This document shows positions 37,046 through 49,662 of a DNA stretch of 64,000 bases, in pieces. The stretch is from Eledone cirrhosa (lineage: Eukaryota), in the NCBI GenBank assembly GCA_964016885.1, contig OZ024756.1, positions 25,730,001-25,794,000 of the forward strand, in the 5' to 3' direction. A program made the position numbers and the translations under genes. Position 1 is the stretch's first letter; each line of letters opens with the position of its first letter. A model generated the notes under the pieces. It saw nothing but the letters and a program-made list of their open reading frames with translations. It did no database searches and had not been told where the DNA came from.

Positions 37046-38267
37046 CTATATATATATATATATATAAAACAGAGGATGTCTGTGTGTCTGTTTCCCTAAA
37101 ACTCGAGAAGTACCCAACCGGCTTTTTTCAAACTTTATACATGTAACTCGTATGACCCCGGAAGTGTTTTGAGCAAAAAAAAAATTTCAAATTTTCAATG
37201 CCCTAGGGACCGCATTAGGCGATTTAGCGATCTCTTTCTCTTTCTCTTAGTCTTTCTCTTTTTAGATAGATACATAGATATGACGTCGCGCCTTCATAAT
37301 ATGTCTGTATGCCTGACTGTCTGCATTACGTCATTATGACGCGATCAGTGTGTGTGTATATATATTCTTATGCCAGGGAACGTCTTCATGAACCAAAGTA
37401 TCGTCTTCCTATTTTCCAGATTGATTTTTTTAGTTTAAGAAGATCCCGTTAAGGTTGAAAGCAGCGATTCTTTGCTTAAACATTAATATGTTATTTTAAT
37501 ATAGATATTCGTGTACAGATATTTTTGCATACACAAAAACAAAATATAAACAAACAAGGCCAAAGATTACATCAATTAATTAGTCTTAGTGTATGTACTT
37601 CATACTGCTTTTAGGTAGAATATCCCGTTAAGGGTGAAAGCAGTGATTCTTTGCTTAAACTTTAGTCTGTTATTTTAATATATATATATAATTATATATT
37701 TATGGACAGATATTTTTGCATATACAATAACAAAATATAAACAAACGTATTTATTTCACGAGGTTCGATAAAGATAAATATATATCAAATATATAAGAAT
37801 CCTATAGCAAATCCCGAGCAATGCCGGGCCATTCTGCTAGTATATATATAAAACAGAGAATGTCTGTCTGTCTCCCTAAAACTCAAGAACCACCCAACCG
37901 ATTTTTTTCAAACTTTACACATGTAATACTTATGGCCGTGTGAGTGTTTTGAGCAAAAAATATTTCGAATTTTCAATGACCTAGGGACTGCATTAGGTGC
38001 CGGTTAGCGATCTCTCTCTCTTTCTTAGTCTGTCTTTTTAGATAGATACATAGCTATAACGTCACGCCCTTATAATATCTGTCTGTATGTCTGCATTATG
38101 ACATTATGAAAACGTCTTCACGAACCAAAGTATCGTCTTCCTGTTTTCCTTCAGTTGCAACGTTTTTCAAAATATTTACTTCTGCATTCACAGATTGATT
38201 TTTTTCGTTTCACAAGATCCCGTTAAGGGTGAAAGCAGCGATTCTTTGCTTGAACTTTAATCTGTTA

Positions 38268-38309
<42 letters not shown>

Positions 38310-38766
38310 TATATATTCGTGTACAGATATTGTTGCATACACAAAAACAAAATATAAACAAACATATTTATTTCACGAAAGCACAGACGGCTTATCGTCA
38401 TTGTTACTGCCGATATGCCACCCAAAAAGTCCCACTACTTTTGGCACAAGGCCAGCAATTACATAGTCAATGGTTCGGAAATCACATACATCACTGACAA
38501 GTTTACTCCTTACTCTACCAGTTATTCTTAGTGTACTTTATCCTGCTTTTAGGTCATGCCTCGAAGGAAGAGATACTCCATTGGCCGAAATACTGCAAAA
38601 GCGGCAAGAAAAAGAACAAGGCGGGCAAACGAATCATCAGTGGAATCTGCTATTCGACGGTCGCAAGGCCGAGGTATTCCGTACTTCTCTGTACTGTTTC
38701 AGAAAGGAGAGATAAACATGCCAATCTATGTTTAGAATCCTGAGCAACGGCATGCCATTCTGCTAG
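37046..38766 (+). mobile_element. Two head-to-tail non-autonomous Helitrons (37046-37840, 37841-38766); another Helitron 3' end at ~34532-34563
   Basis: Both start (TA)nAAAACAGAG..TGTCTGT and end with hairpin CCCGAGCAATGCCGGG (degenerate in copy 2) plus CATTCTGCTAG|T. Confidence 0.85.
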
Positions 38767-39504
38767 TATATATATATACACACACATACATACATATAAA
38801 CTCACACGCACACATAAATATACATACATATGAAATATTATTATTGCAAGTTGAAGATCTAAAAAATTTTTTTTATAATTTCACCTCTTTCTCTTCACAG
38901 CTACTTTGTGAAGAGGAAGAGGTGTATAAACTACTTTATCACGAAGCAGAAGGGAAAGAAGGCCAGTAAAAATTTCTTCAATTGACTTTAAGAAGATAAT
39001 AGTGTGATGTGGGATGGTATGAGAGATATTTATTGGTGACTCTTCTGATCTTTGACACCCACCAATGTTGTCGTGTGCATATATGTGTGTGAGAATGTGT
39101 GTAGGCATATAAGAATCTGTACATGTGTGTATACAAATGTGTACATGTGTATGAAGGCTTGTCACTTTAGGGGTTTGGGGCTCACAATCGTAAGGTCGAA
39201 AGTTTGATTCCCCAGCAACGTGTTGTATCCTTGAGCAAGATACTTTATTTCATGTTGCCCCAGTCCACTCAGATGGAAAAAACATTGTATCTGTAATTTA
39301 AAAAGGTTAGTCTTATTACACACTGTGTAATTCTGAATCTTCCTGAGATGAACTGAAGCAAAGAGAAATGAAGTATGAAGTATGCCCAGTCCTGGAATCA
39401 AATCTACAACCTTATTGGACTGTGAATCCAATACTAGTGCTAACACAAGTCGATGTGCCTTCACTGTCCCAAACTATACCAGAACATAATTACATTTATA
39501 CATT

Positions 39505-39553
<49 letters not shown>

Positions 39554-40108
39554 GGGAGACAAAAAAACAACAGAAAAAAGTTATTCGTCATAAATTTATT
39601 CATCACAAATGGAGTTTCTTTGTTTTTTGTCGCTGTTGTTTTTTTACATTTCTTTCTTATTTTTCCTAAAATAACAAACAAAAGTTTATATATGTACATA
39701 TGTGTATCTGTATGCATGTATGTATATGTGTATGTGTATGTGTGTATGAATAAATATATATATACATATATATGTGTATATATATATATATATATCTATG
39801 TGTGTGTATTGTATGTACGTATTTAAGATATATTCCTTCAAATTAATTTTCTTTTATTTATTTTTTAGTCAAAAGCTGGGTACTAAATGAGGGGGAGGGG
39901 GTTTGCCTAAAAAGACACTGTTAAACCATTTATACTCTATCCTGGATAGAAGAAGTAGAATAACAATATAAGAACTTATATTGTATATTCCAATAGTCCC
40001 TTTTAAATGAGACTCGATCACAGATGCAAGGGAGCCCAAAGTTACAATGTATTGTTTTTGTTGACAGGTGGGGGGAAAGGCGTTTATTTGTTTGTATAAG
40101 TGATTTAT

Positions 40109-40231
40109 TTATTTAGTGACTGTGTGTATAGCATTTGCTAAATAATCAACATTGCCAGAAGATACACCAGCTACAGATATACGACCATCCTTTGTCAAAT
40201 AAATGGAGAATTCACTTGTCAGACGTCCAAC
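40109..40231 (-). CDS. GOT2: GOT2 exon 11 coding part (123 nt) [40 protein letters not shown]
   Basis: ttgtAG acceptor, DGRIS substrate-binding Arg, TAA stop at 40109-40111. Several minus-strand AATAAA lie downstream (e.g. near 39853 and 39595). Confidence 0.96.
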   Translation of the reverse strand, partial: VGRLTSEFSIYLTKDGRISVAGVSSGNVDYLANAIHTVTK

Positions 40232-41411
40232 CTACAACGACAAGAGAAAACATGGACATATTTAACTTTAATTTTGTTTTAGTTATAATCTTCACCATCT
40301 TCACAGTTAAACATCTATTTTCCATGCTTGCATGCATTAACCAGTTAACTGCCGCATATATTTTACTCAACTACAGTTGCTGTGCCGTTTTGTTTTTTTC
40401 AGTAAAATGACTATTTTTTTAAACAAACATTTATTACCAACACAACACATATCTGAATGATTGACAAACATCACATTAATAAACTAGTAACTCCATCTAG
40501 CTTTGAAGTTATGAACTGTTGGAAATTAGTTCAAATTTGTTAGGACAAGTTATCTCGTCTGTGGCACTGGAATGCATACATGTTAGATCAAGTTATCTCG
40601 TCTACAGCACTGAAGAGGTTAAACAGGTTGAAAAGTTGAAAGCTAGACAGTTTAGGTGACCATGTCTCACTTTTCTAAGGCTGGATGCCCTTCAAAACAT
40701 CAACCAGTTTACAATTACTGGGAAGCATTTTATCTTGGCACCCAACCATTACAGAATAAGTTGGGTGCATCTTGTCATGTCATGGCACCAGCACTACCAC
40801 TTTACAGTGTGGGATGAGTGTATTTTATCATAGCACCAATACTACCACTTTACAGAGTGGGCTCGGTGCATTTTATCTTGGCACCAACACAACCATTTTA
40901 CAGAGTGTACTGTGGGCAAGCCAAATCAACATAACAACAACAGGAGGAGGAGGAGCAGAAGAAAGAAGAATGTGTAGTACCTGATCAGGTGTCAATCCAG
41001 TGAAACAGAACATACCAATTTGGTCTGTGACATGTTGCCAGTTCTTTGTAGAACCTTCTCTAGCCAAACCTTCCACTAGTTTTGTTCTCATACTAATGAT
41101 ACGGTCAGCCATACCTTTCACCTCCAACAACCTACAATAGCAACAATAACAACCACATTAACATCACTAACAATAAATATACTGTTTTATGTGTGTGTAT
41201 CTATCTATATATATATATATAGGTAAAGACACCCATCAGTCATGCATTACCATAGGATTTGTACCTATAAGATTTCCCTTCAAAAGCACAAGTCCAGGAA
41301 AGATACTTTTGTGGAAGACCAGCAGTCACCTATGCATACAAGTCTGTTGTTGTCCAAGGGCTAAGAGTGACAACTCGTTTCTACAGCTGAGTGAAGTGAT
41401 CTGGAGCAACA

Positions 41412-41465
<54 letters not shown>

Positions 41466-44400
41466 TCATCATATATAATTACAACGTGCTTATAATCCCA
41501 AATTAAAAGTTAAAGACATTTAATCACTCACAATTGTATCTTCCATAACAATATACCACAGACAGCAAATTATTTTATTTAACAATTTGCTATTAGTTAG
41601 CACAAGCTATAGGAATCATCAGAGTTTAGTTAAAATCCAAAACGATTAATACAATATCAATAGAAATCATTTAAGAACAACAGATAACATATATTACTTA
41701 TCTAATTAGGTAGCAAGTCAGGTAACAGGGTGTCAGATGTATAAAAAAATACTTAAATGTTATTTGGAAGAGTAGTAACTTTCCAGTAATGAATTGGAAG
41801 TTATACAATTTTATCAAAGCAATATTCATAGTTTGTAAAAACAATCTATCGAGTTGAACAGGGTGAAAGTTGTAAGATATTCACTGCAGACTTAATATCA
41901 GAAAACATGAAATCATCACCGTTTTACGTTCATTCTTCCACGCTAGCATGGGTTACAGAGATGTTATAGAGACTATAATAATTATTAAGTAATCAATAAT
42001 ATTTAACTAGATGTAAAAAGAGTATATTAATATAAATAAATATTGTAATATTTACGTATTTCAAAATAAGGGAGGTAATTTAAGGGATTATACCGGTGTT
42101 AAAGTTACAAAGTAAACTTTTAATTTTGTGTTATCTAAATATAATTGTTAAATAAATTATATTGAATAAGTTATTAAGGTCAAACCTAAAGGAGATTAGA
42201 TGAGATAAGATAATATATTGTATTAAATAAATTAATATATATTAATATTGTATCTGTATCGTATACCATATATAAATGTGGGAGACTACCAACAGATTAT
42301 TACATTATTATGAATTTAACATAAGATTAAGTACTAGTTGAAGTATACATACATAATTAAACATATGTGTTTATGTTATATGCCTATTTAATACATATTT
42401 ATCATAAAAATTTATCAAATGTATGGCACCACTGCACCGCCTTTCCACTTCCACCCACACCACCCTTACTCTGTAAAGTTATGTAGGTACCTCAAAACAT
42501 CCAGCCCACACTGTAAAGTGGTCGTGTAGGAGTCACGACAAAAAGCACCCAGTCCATACTGTAAATGTAGTTGGCGTTAAGAAGGGCATCCAGCCGTAGA
42601 ATACTAGCCAGAAACAGTCCTATACGAACAAGACACAGTCACCCGACCCAACTTACCTCAAATGGGACAAACCCATCTAACCCATGCTAGTGTGGAAAAT
42701 AGACGTTAAACGATGATGATGATGGGTGACACCTACACGATCACTTTACAGTTTAGGCTGGATGTTTTGTGTTACCAGCATCATATACATATATATATAT
42801 ATATACATACATGCACATACCATGAATATGACATACACACATATATATATATATATATATTTGCGGGCCTATACATATACCATATACATATATACATATA
42901 TATATATACACACACACATAAATATATCATCCACCATTACTTTTAAAGAATTTATGCAAATCCTTTCTAGTTCTTTCTGTTGTATTTACACACACACAAT
43001 ATCATCATCATCATTTTACGTCCGCTTTTCCCTGCTTGCAAGGGTGGGACGGGAACTGATTCTAGCTTGATTTCTACAGCTGGATGCCCTTCCTAACACC
43101 AACCTCATTTACAGTGAGTGCTGGGTGCTTTTTTCCGTGGCGCCTCCACGACCACTTTGCAGTGGAATGATAGGGACCCCAGTCCCTATCATCTAATTTC
43201 TTCAGCTGAGTAAACTGGAGCAATGTGAAATAAAGTGTCTTGCTCAAGGAAACAACACATCACCCAGTCTGAGAATTGAACTCACAACCTTTCGATTGCA
43301 AGGCCAATGCTCTAACCACTAAGCCATGTACCTCCAATACACACACACACACACACACACACACATATTTGTACTGATTTCAACAATTTACAACAAGAAC
43401 ATAAACATTGTTCTGTGACATAATTTATGGAAGTTTGTAACACAGTATGTGACATATGCGAAACTGTGAAACAGTATGTGATAGATGTGTGACTGAAACA
43501 GTATGTGAGGTTGTGACATGTTATGTGACAGATGTAAGACAGTGTACGACACAGTACAACTGTAACATAGTAATGTAATCTGAGACAACTTACCATTGTG
43601 CATTGAGATCAGGTGTAGTGAGTATTGTCTTCACAAGTCTGGCTCCATGGACAGGAGGGTTGGAATACATGGGTCGGATCAGGATCTTCACCTGGGACAT
43701 CACTCGGGCAGCTTCATCACTATCGGCACAGGCAAGGGTGAATGCTCCAGCTCTTTCACCTGTAATTAGGACATTACCATGGTGACAAAGGTGTGCTCAT
43801 TGATGGCTGAGGGAAAGAACTGGGCATACATAAGATTTATCTAAAACTAGGATTATAACAGATTTAAACTAAAACTGAAATTATAATAAATTTAATTAAT
43901 AAAACTAGGACTATAACAGATTTAAACTAAAACTGAGATTATAACAGATCTAAACTAAAACTGAGATTATGACAGATTTAATTAATAAAAGTAGGATTAT
44001 ATCAGATTTAAACTAAAAAAACCCATAAAAACATGGATTGCTCAAGAACACAACATACCACCCTTACAACCATGAGTTCAACACCTTAACCACTAGGCCA
44101 CATGCAGTCCAGTCTGGGAATTTAACTCATGACCTTATGACCATGATTTCAACACCCTTACCACTTGGCCACATGCAGCTTCATCCAGTAATCAAACCCA
44201 CAACTTTAGGATTGTGAGTCCAACTCCTTAAACACTAGGCTATGTGCCTTCACTGACATGATGTGTAAATTAACAAGAAAGAAGTCGAAAGAAACTTACC
44301 ATAAAGTCCCATATTTTTAGCAAACGACTGACATAGGGCAACCTGGTGACCATCTTCAATAAACTTGCGTACAGCATAGGCATCTTTCTTTGTATCTCCA

Positions 44401-45938
44401 CTGGCAAAACCTTGGTAAGCCATGTCAAAGAAGGGGAATAGTTTTCGAGATTTGATGACACTGCTCATTTCAGCCCATTGTTCTGGCTGAAAACAAACAT
44501 TAAAACAATCACCAATAACTTTTATATTTGAAGACTTATCTCTTTGAACAACAAAATATATTCTGGTATGTTTTTTACCTTCCACCTCTTCTGTACCAAA
44601 TATATAACCGGTACATCTTCAAACTCCAACTCGCATGTGCCATTTATATACTGCTATATCTTTTAACTTACCAACCACTTTACTGGATGTGGACTGGATG
44701 TTTTTTATCATGGCACCAGCACTAGAGAGGTTGTCAAGCCCTAAACAAGACAAAAGCAGTTCTCGCTTCCCTACATTGTCATCATTCAATCACCAACCAC
44801 TTTACAGAGCGTACTGGGTGTATTTTATCATGGTACCAGCACCAGAGAGATTGTCAAGTCCTCAACAAGACAAAAAAGTCCCTTTTACCCTAGGTTGACT
44901 TGGTTCATTTGTCAACCATGTTACATGGGGTACCAAATACATTCCATTGTACCCCCAATACCAGTGAGGTTGTCTCATTCACTACAAGCTAAATGGGATC
45001 TCACCACATTTACTGTTAGTGTTGCTCTGCTTGTACTGGTGTCTTTAGCAACAGACAATAGATTAGAAAGTAGCTACTTATTCTGGGTTTTTTTAAATCA
45101 ATAGAACAGAGTTGTGGGTCAGGGGAAAGACAATAGATAGGAAAGTGACTACTTACCTTGGGATCTACACCAGTTGGATTGTGAGCACAGGCATGCAGTA
45201 AAATAACAGAACCTTTGGGAATTTTCTACAATAGTAGAACGAAAAAATTACTTTCAGTTATTTACATAAATTAGACAATAGTGTTGTGGACGTTAAAGTA
45301 CAGGGTTACACGTTCAAACTCAAACAACAAATGTCAAGCAAAACAATTAAAAAAATTAGAAAACATTTTTTAATCAATAGAAAAATACAAAATAATCAAA
45401 CATGGAGAATATATCAACCCCAGTACATGACTAGTACTTTATTCTAATAACATTGGAAGCATGAAAGGCAAAGTTGAGCTTGGTAGGATTTGAACTTAGA
45501 ATGCAAAGGGCCTAATGCCGCAAAGCATTTTGTCCTATGCTCCAACGATTCTGTTAATCCAATGCCCACCCCCACCCCAAATAATAATAACAACAACAAC
45601 AATAACAGCAACTAAACTCACCGATATATCTTCCAAGGCCCCAGCAAAATCAAAACCACATGTTTTGGCATCATAATATCGATATGACTTCACATCAAGC
45701 CCAGAATGTCTAAAATCAACAGAAGGATTAAAATAGAATTTTACTGAAATATTCTCCAAGGTGTAAAAATGGCTATGAGGTTAAGAAGTTTGCTTTCTAA
45801 CCATGTGGTTCTAGGTTCGATCCCACTGCACAGAACTTCAGGCAAGTTAACTCTGATATTGTATAGATTTCGGTTGACCACTAAACTTTGTGACTAAAAT
45901 TTGGTGGAAACCGTGCAGAAACCTAATGTATATGTATG

Positions 45939-45973
<35 letters not shown>

Positions 45974-48657
45974 TGGCTGCCAACTCGTTTTCGAGTACGG
46001 CCACTACTTTATATCCATGTAGGAGAACCCCTACCGATGCGCTGAACGAATGTGACTTTTTAGTCCAGCCAGCGACTTGAAAACTCTGGTACAAAGACTA
46101 CACTTGTGACCATTATTGACACACAGTGCTGGGCCCATGGTACCATGTGACGACAAGTGCAGAGAGATCTCCAGATATAAAGCAATGCCTGTGCTGTGAA
46201 GCTTTTATAGTGAGCAAAGGCACTGCACAAAGCCAGTCCCACTCTCTTAACCAAGATGATATTTACCAAAAAGAAGAACAAGTCAACATCATTGGATACC
46301 ATCAGGGTTGCAGGTGTTATATCAGAGTTTTCCTTCTCCTAGAATTCTGCCTTGACAAAGGCTAAGAGGTCATCTCTCCCGGATATATATATATACACAT
46401 ATATATATACATACATACATATACGTTAGGTTTCTGCACGGTTTCCTCCAAATTTTAGTCACAAAGTTTAGTGGTCAACCGAAATCTATACAATATATAT
46501 ATATATAAAATCATCATCAATGTTTAACATGTTTTTCTGCTAGCAAGGGTTGGACATGTCTCAGATTCGCCAGTATTTAAGCAGAGCTTCTAAACTTCAG
46601 GTAGGCTGGGGCCCTACATGAAACCATGCTCTATCATGACGCCAATATTAGGGAAGTTGTCATGTCTTTCACACAGCTATAGAATTTCTGAACCTTTGTT
46701 TGGCAGGATAGATAGCATACTTTATAATTTTATATATATATATATATGGCCTGCTCGCCCAGCTAGGGGGATGGCGTCATCGTATGGCTAAAACAGCATG
46801 TGCTGTGACCAGTAGTGCCAAATGGCACCCGACAGACTGGTCGGTCAAGGTGATATATATATATACACACGCGCTTATATCAACACGAAATAAGAATTAG
46901 TACCTATCAACAGAAATAACTTTACATCTGACTGAGTTATTTGCCCTTATATCAACAAAAATGAAATTAATTTAGGCGGGAAAAATAAGAATATTTGGGG
47001 GAAGGAGTATTGTAAAATTTACTTCAAATTCTACATGACTACTTGTAGAAGATATATATCTTTCACTGTCATACACCTATTTTCCAAACTGGTATGTTGT
47101 TACAGTTCACATCTATGTAGATTTAGTTAGTCACCAACAAAGTTGTATTTCATAGGAGGTTTCTTAAGTGTTTCAATGTTAGAGGCCCAATCCTATCATG
47201 CTATTGTTACAGCTCACACCTATGATATATCTCATAGGAGGTGTTTTCAGCAGTTCAATGAAAGGAACCCACGTTCTATCATTTTGTTGTTACAGTACAC
47301 ACCTATGCAGGTTTAGCTAGCCACCTACAAGAGGCCCAATCCTATCATGCTATTGTCACAGCTTACACCTATGCTATATCTCATAGCAGGTTTCTTTGGT
47401 GTTTTAATGATAAGAACCCACATCCTATCATTTTGTTGTTACAGTTCACACCTATGCAGGTTTAGCTGGCCACCTACAAGGTTACATCTCATAGGAGGTT
47501 TCTTTAGTGTTTTAATGATAGGGGTTCTAGTCTTGTTATGAAAAGACTCACTACTGGAGCAGATACAATCCATTGCAGGAATTAACTCTAAACTATTTCT
47601 AGTACAGATGGTGGTGTTAAACCAGGCAATGAATTATGTTTACCACTGAGGTAAACAGGTAGAGGCTTACAAATATTGAGCAGACTCAATATTATTGTAA
47701 GAAATTACTCAAGGTTCCACACAATGAGATGGAATATCTTAATCATGAAGCTGCTTTAATTCCAACAATACAACACATACAGCTGTCTTACATCCAACAA
47801 CACAACACACACATATAACTGTCTTACATCCAACAACACAACACACACACATATAACTGTCTTACAGCCAACAACAACACAACACAAATACAACTTTTTT
47901 ACAACAAAACAACACAACACACAATACAATACAATACAATGCTAAAGATGCTTAACCCTTTAGCGTATAAATTGGCCATATCCGGCCAGAATTCTCTCAC
48001 CTCTTTCTGTTCAAACCAGCTGTAACTGGCGACTCATACTTATGTTAAGGTATTGTTCTTAAAATAAATAATATCAAAATCTCATAGATTCGATATTATG
48101 TCAGGTAAAGCCTTAACCATGAAAATATAATAGTAAATATAGAGTAATGTAAATGTTAAAGGGTTAAACAGTATTAAATGAAATTAGTTGAAAATGTGAG
48201 AAGTAATAAAATAAAGAAAAAAGTGGAGATTTACTTAAATATAGGTGTGTGGTTTCCCCAGGAGGGTGAGGGGATGTAGAAGTCTTTTGATGTGCTGTGC
48301 CATTTAGACTGAAAAACAAAACAACAGTTTCTATTAGTTTACATAGTAAATAACAACACTAATATATTGTTGTCAGAACACTCTTATACCACAGCACAAT
48401 ACTGTCACAGTGCAGATAACAACACTTGACATAACACACCACTGACAATGTTATCACAACACCGACATATTGTGATCACAACACTGACATATTGTTGTCA
48501 CAACACAGATGTAGCAACAGCAGCAGGGTCAAATTGAGTGTTTTCCTTGCAGGCCCCATGAGAAAAAGGGCCTTGTTCTTAAAAAGTAGCAATGGGAAGC
48601 CTCTTTCAGGGGGCCCTGTTCAAAGAAGGGACACAGAGCAGTCACACTCTCCACCCC

Positions 48658-48695
<38 letters not shown>

Positions 48696-48696
48696 C

Positions 48697-48734
<38 letters not shown>

Positions 48735-49614
48735 TAATTACAAAGAAGGCAGCTCCAACTCGTAAAGCACCAGTTCCAGATATAGCTTGCACTGTAACAT
48801 TCTGAAATGTGAAGAACAAAACAGAGAATTAAAACATTATAAAAACTGAACTCCTGCTGTCTAAACAAGAAGTATGTCTAGAGTTCCTATAATAAACGGA
48901 GTATAATATATATGTCAATATAATATATATATAATGAAATTATTGTGTACAGTGCTCAAGTGCACTACAACTCATTAAAAGTGCATGTATAGTAAATAGA
49001 ATAATGTCAGGAAATTAAACAGAGTATGAGTCATGATATACACACAGATACATGCATGCGTGTGTATGGAGGTGGAATATCAGGTGTAGTGTTGGCAAAC
49101 TTCAGGAAGCATGGAGATTTTGAAGGATTCAGTACCCCAACAGGATCACATGATATTTAATTCAATACAGTGGAACATTCCAAACTGTGTATTGCCAATA
49201 ATCTTTTGGGGGTCTAGTGGTCAGGAGATTGGACTTACAATAATAAGTTTGTGGGATCAATTCCTTCCCCGAGTGTGTGACCTATTTATTGGTTTGTCTG
49301 TTGAACTCACAACCATAAGTTTCTGGGATCAATTCCTGGATCGGGGTGCATGGCCCAATGGTTAGAGTGCTGGAGTATAAGATTATGGGTTCACATTCCT
49401 TGATTGGGTGGCATGTTTAATTCTTGAGCAAGATGCTTCATTTTACGTTGTTCTTCATGATAGGGTTAGGATCCTTATCATTAAAACATTCCAAAAACCT
49501 CATATGAGCTACAACCATATAGAAAGCCAGCTAAACCTGCATAGCCGTGAGCTGTAAATTTCATTTTTTTTATTTTCAAGTCTCAGGCAATTAAGTAAAA
49601 TCTGATTAGTTTTT

Positions 49615-49662
<48 letters not shown>

